Below, one piece after another: positions 34,490-41,477 of a DNA stretch of 44,062 bases. The notes under the pieces are model-generated. The model searched no databases and had not been told where the DNA came from. It saw only the letters and a list, made by a program, of their open reading frames with translations. How positions within the stretch are numbered: the first letter of the stretch is position 1; every line of letters begins with the position of its first letter. Position numbers and translations under genes: made by a program. The stretch is from a virus. The stretch lies in the IMG/VR virus record IMGVR_UViG_3300045988_030948, positions 1 through 44,062 of that record, one strand, 5' to 3'.

Positions 34490-35100
34490 AAAAGATTTTG
34501 ATTTATACGGCGATAATTGGAGCAATTGCCGCCGTCCTTTGGGGTCAACACGTCCGTATTAAGAGTTTGACCGCCGACCGGGACAAATACAAATCGAATA
34601 CGGAAACGTTATTGCAAGATGTTAAGACGTACCAAACAAAAGACAGTTTGAATGCCGCAAAGGTCGGTAATTTGACGTTGAAAGTTTTAGAGTACGAAAA
34701 GTACCGGGCGGACGATTTGGCGTTGATTAAGACGTTGCAAACAAAGAACCGGGATTTACAACGAGTAACGACAACGCAGTTGGAAACGATTAACGAGTTG
34801 CGGGGAAACGTCCGGGATAGTATCGTATATTTGCCCGGCGACACGGTTACGACTGTTTTACGTTGCGTCGATATTGTGGAACCGTGGTTTGAGTTACACG
34901 GATGTACGACGCCCGACGGGGTATTTACCGGGACGCATATAAACCGGGATAGTCTGTTAATAGCGGAAACGGTGCAATATAAACGTTGGTTAGGTTTTTT
35001 ATGGAAAACAAATAAAATCAAAAATCGGCAAATTGATGTAGTTAGCAAAAACCCCGCAACAAAAATATTAGGGGTCGAATTTATAACAATCGAAAAATAA
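34486..35100 (+). CDS. lysis-cassette protein with an N-terminal TM anchor (spanin-like)
   Basis: 204 aa. MKKILIYTAIIGAIAAVLWG is followed by a coiled-coil-like region. Coupled to the amidase gene by an ATGA overlap. Confidence 0.55.
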   Translation: MKKILIYTAIIGAIAAVLWGQHVRIKSLTADRDKYKSNTETLLQDVKTYQTKDSLNAAKVGNLTLKVLEYEKYRADDLALIKTLQTKNRDLQRVTTTQLETINELRGNVRDSIVYLPGDTVTTVLRCVDIVEPWFELHGCTTPDGVFTGTHINRDSLLIAETVQYKRWLGFLWKTNKIKNRQIDVVSKNPATKILGVEFITIEK

Positions 35101-35114
35101 CTATCTTTGCAATC

Positions 35115-35175
35115 AAACGGGGATAGGTTGGAGTAGCTACCAACCAAAAGGGTAAGCCAACAGCCCGCCCCGTTT
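35115..35175 (+). other. 61-nt three-way-junction RNA/DNA structure with a trailing T-rich tract
   Basis: The outer stem pairs AAACGGGG with CCCCGTTT (8 bp). It encloses GGTTGG-agtagcta-CCAACC and GGGT-aagccaaca-GCCC. It is followed by tttctcttttgtt. A TAtcTTTG box lies at 35101-35108. Confidence 0.45.
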
Positions 35176-35205
35176 CTCTTTTGTTGGCGTATTAATGTTG
35201 GTAAT

Positions 35206-35766
35206 ATGGAAATTTGGAAAGATTTAACCGGGTATATAGGAATATACCAAGTTAGTAACAACGGGCGTATAAAATCATTATCCCGTAAAATAGTGAGAAA
35301 GAACGGGCAATTTGCCAAAGTTAAAGAAACGATATTAAAACCCGGAACCGACCGTTACGGTTATTCTTTTGTTGTATTATGCAATGATAGGGTAAAGAGA
35401 ACAACGGCAATTCATAGATTAGTTGCGGCGGCTTTCATTCCTAACCCGGACAATTTGCCGGAAATAGACCATATCGACGGCGACCGAGCCAATAACCATG
35501 CGACTAATTTACGTTGGTGTACCCGCAAACAAAATTCCAATAACCCAATATCAATTGAGCGTTACCGAAAAGCCGGAATAATTCAAAAGCCATATAAACA
35601 ACTGCAAATTCCGGTTCAGCAATTAAAGGACGGTTTTTTGATTGGTTCCTATTCAAGTATAAGAGAGGCGGAACGAGCAACCGGAATAGCGCATACAAGT
35701 ATAAGCCGAGTAATACGGGGGACATTAAACACGGCGGGCGGCTATAAATGGAAATATAAGGAGTAA
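35206..35766 (+). CDS. HNH homing endonuclease (NUMOD4 + HNH_3 + C-terminal HTH)
   Basis: EIWKDLTGYIGIYQVSNNGRIKS (NUMOD4), IDHIDGDRANNHATNLRWCTRKQN (HNH) and IREAERATGIAHTSISRVI (IENR/NUMOD1-like). Free-standing, lying between the lysis block and P3. Confidence 0.9.
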   Translation: MEIWKDLTGYIGIYQVSNNGRIKSLSRKIVRKNGQFAKVKETILKPGTDRYGYSFVVLCNDRVKRTTAIHRLVAAAFIPNPDNLPEIDHIDGDRANNHATNLRWCTRKQNSNNPISIERYRKAGIIQKPYKQLQIPVQQLKDGFLIGSYSSIREAERATGIAHTSISRVIRGTLNTAGGYKWKYKE

Positions 35767-35771
35767 AACCG

Positions 35772-35808
35772 GGGGTTGTAACAAGGCGTTGCAACCCCTT
35801 TTTCTTTT
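35772..35808 (+). terminator. intrinsic terminator
   Basis: 11-bp stem GGGGTTGTAAC / GTTGCAACCCC (one G-U pair), loop aaggc, then tttttctttt. Confidence 0.75.
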
Positions 35809-35968
35809 GAGCCATTATTAGCCCGTTTTCGGGCATTTTATTTCAAAGTGGATAATTTACCCGTCCCGCTTGCAAAAGTCGCTTAAATCGAAAATTCCAA
35901 GAAAATAACTCTTTTAGAACCAAAAACGAAATTTTTTATAGGAAAACACGAAAATAAAAAATAAAACC

Positions 35969-35999
35969 TTTGGTAATTAAAATAAAGGTTGTATATTTG
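35969..35999 (+). promoter_or_regulatory. Bacteroidota-type promoter P3 (-33 TTTG, -7 TAtaTTTG)
   Basis: TTTG at 35969-35972 and TATATTTG at 35992-35999, with an exact 19-nt spacer. The TTTGGTAATTAAAATAA core is identical to P1. Confidence 0.75.
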
Positions 36000-36018
36000 C
36001 ATCATCAAACAAGAACGA

Positions 36019-36034
36019 CCGGGCGTTTTCCCGG
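36019..36034 (+). promoter_or_regulatory. leader stem-loop downstream of P3 (CCGGG-CGTTTT-CCCGG)
   Basis: Same position relative to the -7 box as the hairpins at P1 and P2. Confidence 0.6.
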
Positions 36035-36054
36035 AAAATAGAGAGCGAAACAAT

Positions 36055-36306
36055 ATGAACACTCAAAGTATTTATAACGGATTAGATTACACAACAAAAG
36101 AGATTAACCGCAATTTCAAAATCAAGGTAAACGGAATTGTAAACGGCAAAAAGGTTAATGTATTGGTTGGCGTGTCCGGTTTAATAAAGATTGTCGGCGA
36201 CATTAAGTTAGTCAATCGCTTATTAAAACGTGCTTTCAATTGTTACGGCGACAAAGAGGTTTGCAAATTGCGCCGAGGCGTTAAAATCACTTTCTATTAT
36301 CTGTAA
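36055..36306 (+). CDS. hypothetical early protein (83 aa)
   Basis: I chose the internal ATG of track ORF 35989..36306, because the long form would start inside P3. Confidence 0.55.
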   Translation: MNTQSIYNGLDYTTKEINRNFKIKVNGIVNGKKVNVLVGVSGLIKIVGDIKLVNRLLKRAFNCYGDKEVCKLRRGVKITFYYL

Positions 36307-36313
36307 AACAACG

Positions 36314-36331
36314 ACCCGGCGTTTTCCGGGT
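36314..36331 (+). terminator. intergenic GC hairpin (ACCCGG-CGTTTT-CCGGGT)
   Basis: Exact copy of the P2 leader hairpin including its flanks (28 nt). Confidence 0.5.
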
Positions 36332-36351
36332 AACAAATAAATTTCCAAGAA

Positions 36352-36702
36352 ATGAAAACAGATTTAAACGGCGTAAGCCAATGCCCCAAAGGAACCGAGA
36401 ATTACGAAACGTTTTATACGATGGTTAGACGTAAAAGAACCAAGTTAATACAATACGATTATCGTAGCGAGGACGGCGAATTGTTCACGTGTGTAAAGCC
36501 TACATTAACGGAATGCCGGAAAGCACGGGACGAACATTTTAAACCCGTCGTTGTGGTTTATACCCCGGAACAATTCAAAGAATTGGGATTTGATGGCGAA
36601 ATTGCAAAGTACATGAGAGAACACACCAATACGGCAATCGTCGGCGATGTTCCCGGATTGACCGCCACGTTATCCGTTACCGGACGCACAAAGATTGGAT
36701 GA
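36352..36702 (+). CDS. hypothetical early protein (116 aa)
   Basis: Clean ORF. No domain recognised. Confidence 0.55.
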   Translation: MKTDLNGVSQCPKGTENYETFYTMVRRKRTKLIQYDYRSEDGELFTCVKPTLTECRKARDEHFKPVVVVYTPEQFKELGFDGEIAKYMREHTNTAIVGDVPGLTATLSVTGRTKIG

Positions 36703-36737
36703 ATTACCGCAACCCCTATTCAAACAAGTAATAACCC

Positions 36738-36755
36738 GCCGGGGGAAACCCCGGC
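36738..36755 (+). terminator. intergenic GC hairpin with GAAA tetraloop
   Basis: GCCGGGG-GAAA-CCCCGGC, a copy of 516-533. Confidence 0.5.
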
Positions 36756-36769
36756 ACAATAACAATAAT

Positions 36770-37141
36770 ATGGCAAAGTACATTTTAGTTAAGAAAGTAA
36801 AGGGAAAGAAATACGAGTACCAAGTTATTGACGTCGATAGTAAAGCGATTGTTTCAAAAAGAACGTCCGCCCGTGAATATGTGGCGTGTACCGCCGACGG
36901 GTCGTTTTATTTTGGGCGTTTGGATTTAATCGGAAAAGGCGACCACGGCAAACGGTTAAGCCATACGGCGGAAATATTGGCGAACCCGGAAAAGGCATAC
37001 AAAAAAATGGTTGCTTATTTCACGCCGGATTATCGTAAACAATGGATTGCCGAGAACCCCGCCGAACAATGGATTGCCCGCAACGTTGAGAGCGCAACAA
37101 AGGAAAAGGAAAGATTAAACGCAATTGCGTATTTGCAGTAA
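36770..37141 (+). CDS. hypothetical early protein (123 aa)
   Basis: I chose the internal ATG (MAKYILVKK...) of track ORF 36695..37141, because the long form would read through the hairpin. Confidence 0.55.
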   Translation: MAKYILVKKVKGKKYEYQVIDVDSKAIVSKRTSAREYVACTADGSFYFGRLDLIGKGDHGKRLSHTAEILANPEKAYKKMVAYFTPDYRKQWIAENPAEQWIARNVESATKEKERLNAIAYLQ

Positions 37142-37147
37142 TAACAA

Positions 37148-37169
37148 GCCGGGGGCGCAATCCCCCGGC
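37148..37169 (+). terminator. intergenic GC hairpin
   Basis: GCCGGGGG-CGCAAT-CCCCCGGC, an 8-bp stem. Confidence 0.5.
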
Positions 37170-37185
37170 ATAATCATTTAGAGCG

Positions 37186-37437
37186 ATGAATAAAACGAAA
37201 CGTTACCGATTAAGTCAAGAAATGTATAAGATAATCCAAAATGCAAACGGCGGGTTATTTTTGCTTTATACCCGGCACAACCCCGGCGATGTGTTAAACC
37301 TATTATTGGACGGCAACGATATTGGGTTGCTTTGTCAAGTTGAGAGCCGACACGACCAATATTATAAGTTTTGCAAAGTGATTAAGGAGGGCAAAAATGA
37401 TATTAACAGAGGAACAACGGGAAATATTGAAAGGTAA
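37186..37437 (+). CDS. hypothetical early protein (83 aa)
   Basis: The start lies in the conserved TTTAGAGCGATGAAT context. Confidence 0.55.
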   Translation: MNKTKRYRLSQEMYKIIQNANGGLFLLYTRHNPGDVLNLLLDGNDIGLLCQVESRHDQYYKFCKVIKEGKNDINRGTTGNIER

Positions 37438-38080
37438 GATTTGCCCGTATTGCCATATTCCAACCGAGTACAAAAATAGTATTGAGGTTTACGGCATTGA
37501 TTACGGAATGATTTACTATTGCCCTAAATGCCGGGCGTATGTTGGCGTTCATGCGGGAACCGACCGGGCAAAGGGTCGATTAGCAAACGCCGAGTTGCGC
37601 CGATGTAAGATTGAGGCGCACCGATATTTTGACGAAATATATAAGCGTAAATTAATGAAGCGTTCCGAGGCTTACAAATGGTTATCCGAGCAATTGGGAT
37701 TACCAACGGAATACACGCATATAGGAATGTTTAACCCGGAAACGTGCGCAAAGGTCGTGGACGTTTCAAAAAAATATTTGGAAACCATGCGATTTGCATT
37801 AAGAAACCAACATAAAATAAAAGCGGCTTTTGAGCCAAACGGGGATAAAATGTTATCCCGGATAAAAGAAAGTTTAACCCGGTATTTTTCCGCCGACCGT
37901 TCAGAGTTCCCGGAGGGATATAAAGAAATTGAATGCGATTTTAACCAATTGCCGGGGGAACCGTACCCGACTATTGCAATAAACGACGTCGGAAACGCCA
38001 ACCGTATGATTGAGTTCTATGTTACCGGGAAACAATACGACGTTTACCATGTAGCATTTAAGGGATTTACAAAGGGATAA
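37397..38080 (+). CDS. DUF3268-like zinc-finger protein
   Basis: CPYC...CPKC is followed by RLANAELRRCKIEAHRYFD, as in the DUF3268 family as I remember it. TAAGGAGG lies 6 nt upstream. Confidence 0.55.
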   Translation: MILTEEQREILKGKICPYCHIPTEYKNSIEVYGIDYGMIYYCPKCRAYVGVHAGTDRAKGRLANAELRRCKIEAHRYFDEIYKRKLMKRSEAYKWLSEQLGLPTEYTHIGMFNPETCAKVVDVSKKYLETMRFALRNQHKIKAAFEPNGDKMLSRIKESLTRYFSADRSEFPEGYKEIECDFNQLPGEPYPTIAINDVGNANRMIEFYVTGKQYDVYHVAFKGFTKG

Positions 38081-38085
38081 AAGAG

Positions 38086-38118
38086 AACCCCCGACGCAAT
38101 GAAGTAACGCCGGGGGTT
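38086..38118 (+). terminator. intergenic hairpin
   Basis: AACCCCCG pairs with CGGGGGTT (8 bp) around a 17-nt loop. Confidence 0.45.
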
Positions 38119-38232
38119 GGTACGCAGTAACCGAGAGCGATGTTTGAGGTTATGCGGTGCAACAAAATTAGTGCTTTTTATCTGTATTACAAGCGTCCAA
38201 CGTGAACAAATAAAACTTTCAAAGGTTTTATT

Positions 38233-38263
38233 TTTGGTAATACAAATATTATTTATACTTTTG
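38233..38263 (+). promoter_or_regulatory. Bacteroidota-type promoter P4 (-33 TTTG, -7 TActTTTG)
   Basis: TTTG at 38233-38236 and TACTTTTG at 38256-38263, with an exact 19-nt spacer. Confidence 0.7.
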
Positions 38264-38302
38264 CAGAAACAAAAACCCACCGGGGGAGTATCCGGCAAAG
38301 AT

Positions 38303-38737
38303 ATGAGAATAAAAGAGAGCGATTTATTAAAACAATTGGCGACCGATAGCGGGAAAACAGCCAACCAAGTTGCCGAAATTATCATTTCGGAATTACTCAA
38401 AAACAAAGTTATTGAGGACACCCCGGAAAATTGGGGCGTTTCCGTTTTCGATGCAATAAACGAGGACGTAACCGAGGAACAAACCGCTAATTGTTATGCG
38501 GCAATTTCCGAGGCGTTGGGCGTGTATCTGAAACGGGTATATTTCATTGTCCCGGATTTGGATTTAATGGGTAACGACGATTGCCCGGAGTGCGGCGGCG
38601 AAATGGAAGTTACCGACGGCGAATATAAACAGACCGGAGGCGACGGATATATTACCCCGTATGAATATACCCCGATTTGGGAGGAAAGAACGTGTAAACA
38701 TTGCGGACACGTTGAGAGCGACGAACCAAGTTATTAA
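38303..38737 (+). CDS. hypothetical protein with C-terminal zinc ribbon (144 aa)
   Basis: I chose the internal ATG downstream of P4 (track ORF 38117..38737). Has CPECGG...CKHCGH. Confidence 0.55.
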   Translation: MRIKESDLLKQLATDSGKTANQVAEIIISELLKNKVIEDTPENWGVSVFDAINEDVTEEQTANCYAAISEALGVYLKRVYFIVPDLDLMGNDDCPECGGEMEVTDGEYKQTGGDGYITPYEYTPIWEERTCKHCGHVESDEPSY

Positions 38738-38754
38738 CAATTAATATTAAAATC

Positions 38755-38991
38755 ATGGAAGTAAGATTAAGAGTAAACGAAGCGATTGCAAAGGCGCAAA
38801 CCGCCGGAATTAAAGTTTATAAAAAAGAGGTTGCCGCCCGGTTATGGGAGGGACGAACCGAAAGCGCACAACAAGTTAATATGACAAACTTATGTAATGG
38901 GACGACTAAACAGATACGCCCGGAATGGGTTGTTATCATTTGCGAAATGTGTAATTGTACCCCTAATTATTTGTTTGGCTATGAAGAATAA
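38755..38991 (+). CDS. XRE-like helix-turn-helix transcriptional regulator (78 aa)
   Basis: KKEVAARLWEGRTESAQQVNMTNLCNG...PNYLFGY fits a short Cro/CI-type HTH. Confidence 0.55.
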   Translation: MEVRLRVNEAIAKAQTAGIKVYKKEVAARLWEGRTESAQQVNMTNLCNGTTKQIRPEWVVIICEMCNCTPNYLFGYEE

Positions 38992-39193
38992 CGGGTTACA
39001 ATGGTTTGAACGCATGGCGGACGTTATGTTTTCCGATATGTTCCAAGCGAAAGCGATTATTGCGACGTTTGGAACGTTGGGCGTTGTTTGTCTGATTGGC
39101 GCATTTTGGAACCCGTGGCAATTGATGTTTGCGGGTATGTGTGCCGCAATGGTATTATGTGGATTTTCAGAATTAAAAAAGAGTAGAAAATGA
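38981..39193 (+). CDS. small membrane protein (70 aa)
   Basis: I chose the internal ATG of track ORF 38897..39193. Two hydrophobic segments (IIATFGTLGVVCLIGAF and LMFAGMCAAMVLCGF). Confidence 0.45.
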   Translation: MKNNGLQWFERMADVMFSDMFQAKAIIATFGTLGVVCLIGAFWNPWQLMFAGMCAAMVLCGFSELKKSRK

Positions 39194-40533
39194 GAGCGAA
39201 CAAAAAGAAACCGGAAAACCCGGTACAAAAGACGGTCGAAAGTTTGGGAGCCGTTCCCGCCGACCAATTCCCGGAAATTACCGAGGAACAACAACAAATA
39301 ATCCCCCCGTTTGAAGCGGTCGAGGTTGAGCAACCAACCGGAATATTTGAGATATTGCCGGGCATGACGGTTGAGGAAATGACGGCTATGTTTTTTGATG
39401 AAAAAACGTTGATTGAACCCCCGTATAAGGTTTGGCAATTGAATAGTAAGGGACACCGCTATTATTACCGATACGACGACAACGGGAACCCGGAGTTTTT
39501 CCCGTCGGTTACAACGATATTGTCCCAAACGTTACCCAAAGCCCCGCACTTAATACAATGGATTGCCAACAAAGGCATTGAGGAAGCGGAACGATATAAA
39601 GGCGAACGGGCGGCGTATGGTACGTTTATGCACGCCGCATTTGAGGAATTATTAATTAACCGGGCTTATGATTTGGACGGGTTAAAAGGCAAACTAAAAG
39701 AATATATTGAGGTTTACCGATTGCCGGACGACTTTATTTATTACGCCGACGATTTGAAAAAGGACGTATTGGCGTTTGCTCAATTCGTATTAGATTACGA
39801 CGTTCGCCCGTTGGCGGTTGAAATTGCGTTAGTGCATCCATATTATAAGTATGCCGGAATGATTGATTGCCCGTGTACCATGTTGGCAAAGATAGGCGGC
39901 GACGAACGTATTAACGCAATCGTCGATTTTAAGAGCGGGCGCAAAGGTTTTTACGAGGAAAGCGAGATACAATTAGGAATGTACCGGGATATGTGGAACG
40001 TCAATTTTGAGCAATTCCCCGTTACACGTATTTTCAATTTCAGCCCGAAAGATTGGCGCAAACGTCCGTCGTACAATCTGAAAGAACAAACAGATAGCCC
40101 CAATATTCGGAAAATCCCGTATCTATTGGAAATTGCGGCTATTGAGGACGAAAAGAAAGATAATACGTTTACGTCGGTTAATGGTATGGTATTGTTAGAC
40201 AATGCCCCGGATTTAACGCAAAACGTAATATCCTTATCGTTGGCGGAATTGATTAAAACGAAAGCCCCAAAGGAGGCGACCCCGGACGAAAACACGGACG
40301 CCGCCGAGAAAGTCAAGGCGGATGCACCGGAACCGGAAAAGGAGCCAAAGAAAACAACCATTGTTAAACGTGCGTCCAAAAAGGCAAAGGAGCCGGAAAA
40401 GAAAGCCACCACGGGCAAAACGACCGCAAAGCGGGGTAATACCACGGAAAAGAAAGTAAAGCCCGCAAATGAGCCTAAAAAGCCCAAAAATGAGAGTAGG
40501 AAAAAGATGTTGAACGACGACCCCGAAATTTGA
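39190..40533 (+). CDS. PD-(D/E)XK (RecB/Cas4-like) exonuclease with Lys-rich C-terminal tail
   Basis: GTFMHAAFEE, YAGMIDCP, IVDFKSG and EIQLGMY give the D...(D/E)xK...QxxxY order. The last ~100 aa are rich in K, P, E and A. Confidence 0.7.
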   Translation: MRANKKKPENPVQKTVESLGAVPADQFPEITEEQQQIIPPFEAVEVEQPTGIFEILPGMTVEEMTAMFFDEKTLIEPPYKVWQLNSKGHRYYYRYDDNGNPEFFPSVTTILSQTLPKAPHLIQWIANKGIEEAERYKGERAAYGTFMHAAFEELLINRAYDLDGLKGKLKEYIEVYRLPDDFIYYADDLKKDVLAFAQFVLDYDVRPLAVEIALVHPYYKYAGMIDCPCTMLAKIGGDERINAIVDFKSGRKGFYEESEIQLGMYRDMWNVNFEQFPVTRIFNFSPKDWRKRPSYNLKEQTDSPNIRKIPYLLEIAAIEDEKKDNTFTSVNGMVLLDNAPDLTQNVISLSLAELIKTKAPKEATPDENTDAAEKVKADAPEPEKEPKKTTIVKRASKKAKEPEKKATTGKTTAKRGNTTEKKVKPANEPKKPKNESRKKMLNDDPEI

Positions 40534-40540
40534 TTGAGAT

Positions 40541-41272
40541 ATGAAAGGAAGAATAAAACGACCGGAGGCGCAACAATCCCGTTTAATTTTGCCCCGTGTC
40601 GGTCAAATAAAAATCGGTATGAAAAACGCAAACGGTTATCCGCAAAGTGTTGATTACTTCATACCAACGGGAAAGTATGCCGGGTTATTTACACAGGCAT
40701 ACGGCGAAAAGCCGCAAACAATACAAATTGTTTTCCCGGACGACGACCCGGCAAAAGTATGTAACGAGCGTTACGAATACCGGGACGACGACGGGCGATT
40801 GATTGCGGCGGGCGATGGCGACACTTTCCAAGTATGGGACGGAAAGAAATACGAAACGTTGACAACGGAGAAATACCCAAACTTAATGCAGTCGATAACC
40901 AAGCGTTACCCGAATAAAAAGAGCCGCCAACCCGATTGCGACGGTTGGGAGGTTACATTAACGCTAAACTTTATTGTCCCTTTGGTTCGTGGGGTTGCCG
41001 GGGTTTGGCAATTCGCAACAAAGGGTACGGCGTCCACAATCCCGCAAATTCGGGAAACGTTTGACGGTATGTTGGCGGAACGTGGGTTTTGTAAGGGAGT
41101 GATTTTTGATTTGAATGTACAATTTGCGACAACCCAAAAGCCGGGCGACCGTTCCCGTTTTCCGGTTGTTTCGTTGGTTCCCAATGAGAGTGCCGACAAC
41201 GTATTGAAAGTACGTAAGGCATGGGAACCCGTTAAACAATTGGAGGGCGGCGACAATGGAACGGAAAATTGA
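40541..41272 (+). CDS. hypothetical protein; candidate recombination partner of the upstream exonuclease
   Basis: 243 aa, starting LPRVGQIKIGMKNANGYPQSVDYFIP... No family that I can name. The function guess rests on position only. Confidence 0.35.
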   Translation: MKGRIKRPEAQQSRLILPRVGQIKIGMKNANGYPQSVDYFIPTGKYAGLFTQAYGEKPQTIQIVFPDDDPAKVCNERYEYRDDDGRLIAAGDGDTFQVWDGKKYETLTTEKYPNLMQSITKRYPNKKSRQPDCDGWEVTLTLNFIVPLVRGVAGVWQFATKGTASTIPQIRETFDGMLAERGFCKGVIFDLNVQFATTQKPGDRSRFPVVSLVPNESADNVLKVRKAWEPVKQLEGGDNGTEN

Positions 41273-41477
41273 CATTGAATTGAACGGTATTATTACGCTG
41301 ACTTATACAGACAATAATACAGGACGACGACAACAAACCAAGTTAAAAGCCGTTGAGCGTAAAAGTAACAGTTGCGAAAATTGTTTTTTGCAACAATATT
41401 CATGTTATCGTTTTTCTTGCAATGGTGCAAACCGGGCGGATAAAACGGATATTAAATTTTTGCAAAATGACAATTAG
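41256..41477 (+). CDS. hypothetical Cys-rich protein (73 aa)
   Basis: ORF overlapping both neighbours by 11-17 nt. Has CENC...C...C. Confidence 0.4.
   Translation: MERKIDIELNGIITLTYTDNNTGRRQQTKLKAVERKSNSCENCFLQQYSCYRFSCNGANRADKTDIKFLQNDN

Noticed and set aside
35115-35175. Possible tRNA or tRNA-like gene
   Set aside because: It has only two internal hairpins within an 8-bp closing stem. It has no D/anticodon/T-arm geometry, no conserved T-loop (GTTCRA) and no CCA context. I kept it only as an unclassified structure or terminator.
34545-35318. 257-aa ORF on the minus strand spanning the spanin-like gene, the intergenic structure and the start of the HNH gene
   Set aside because: It is antisense to two supported + strand genes and crosses a structured spacer. 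No motifs were found, and every other gene in the genome is on the + strand.
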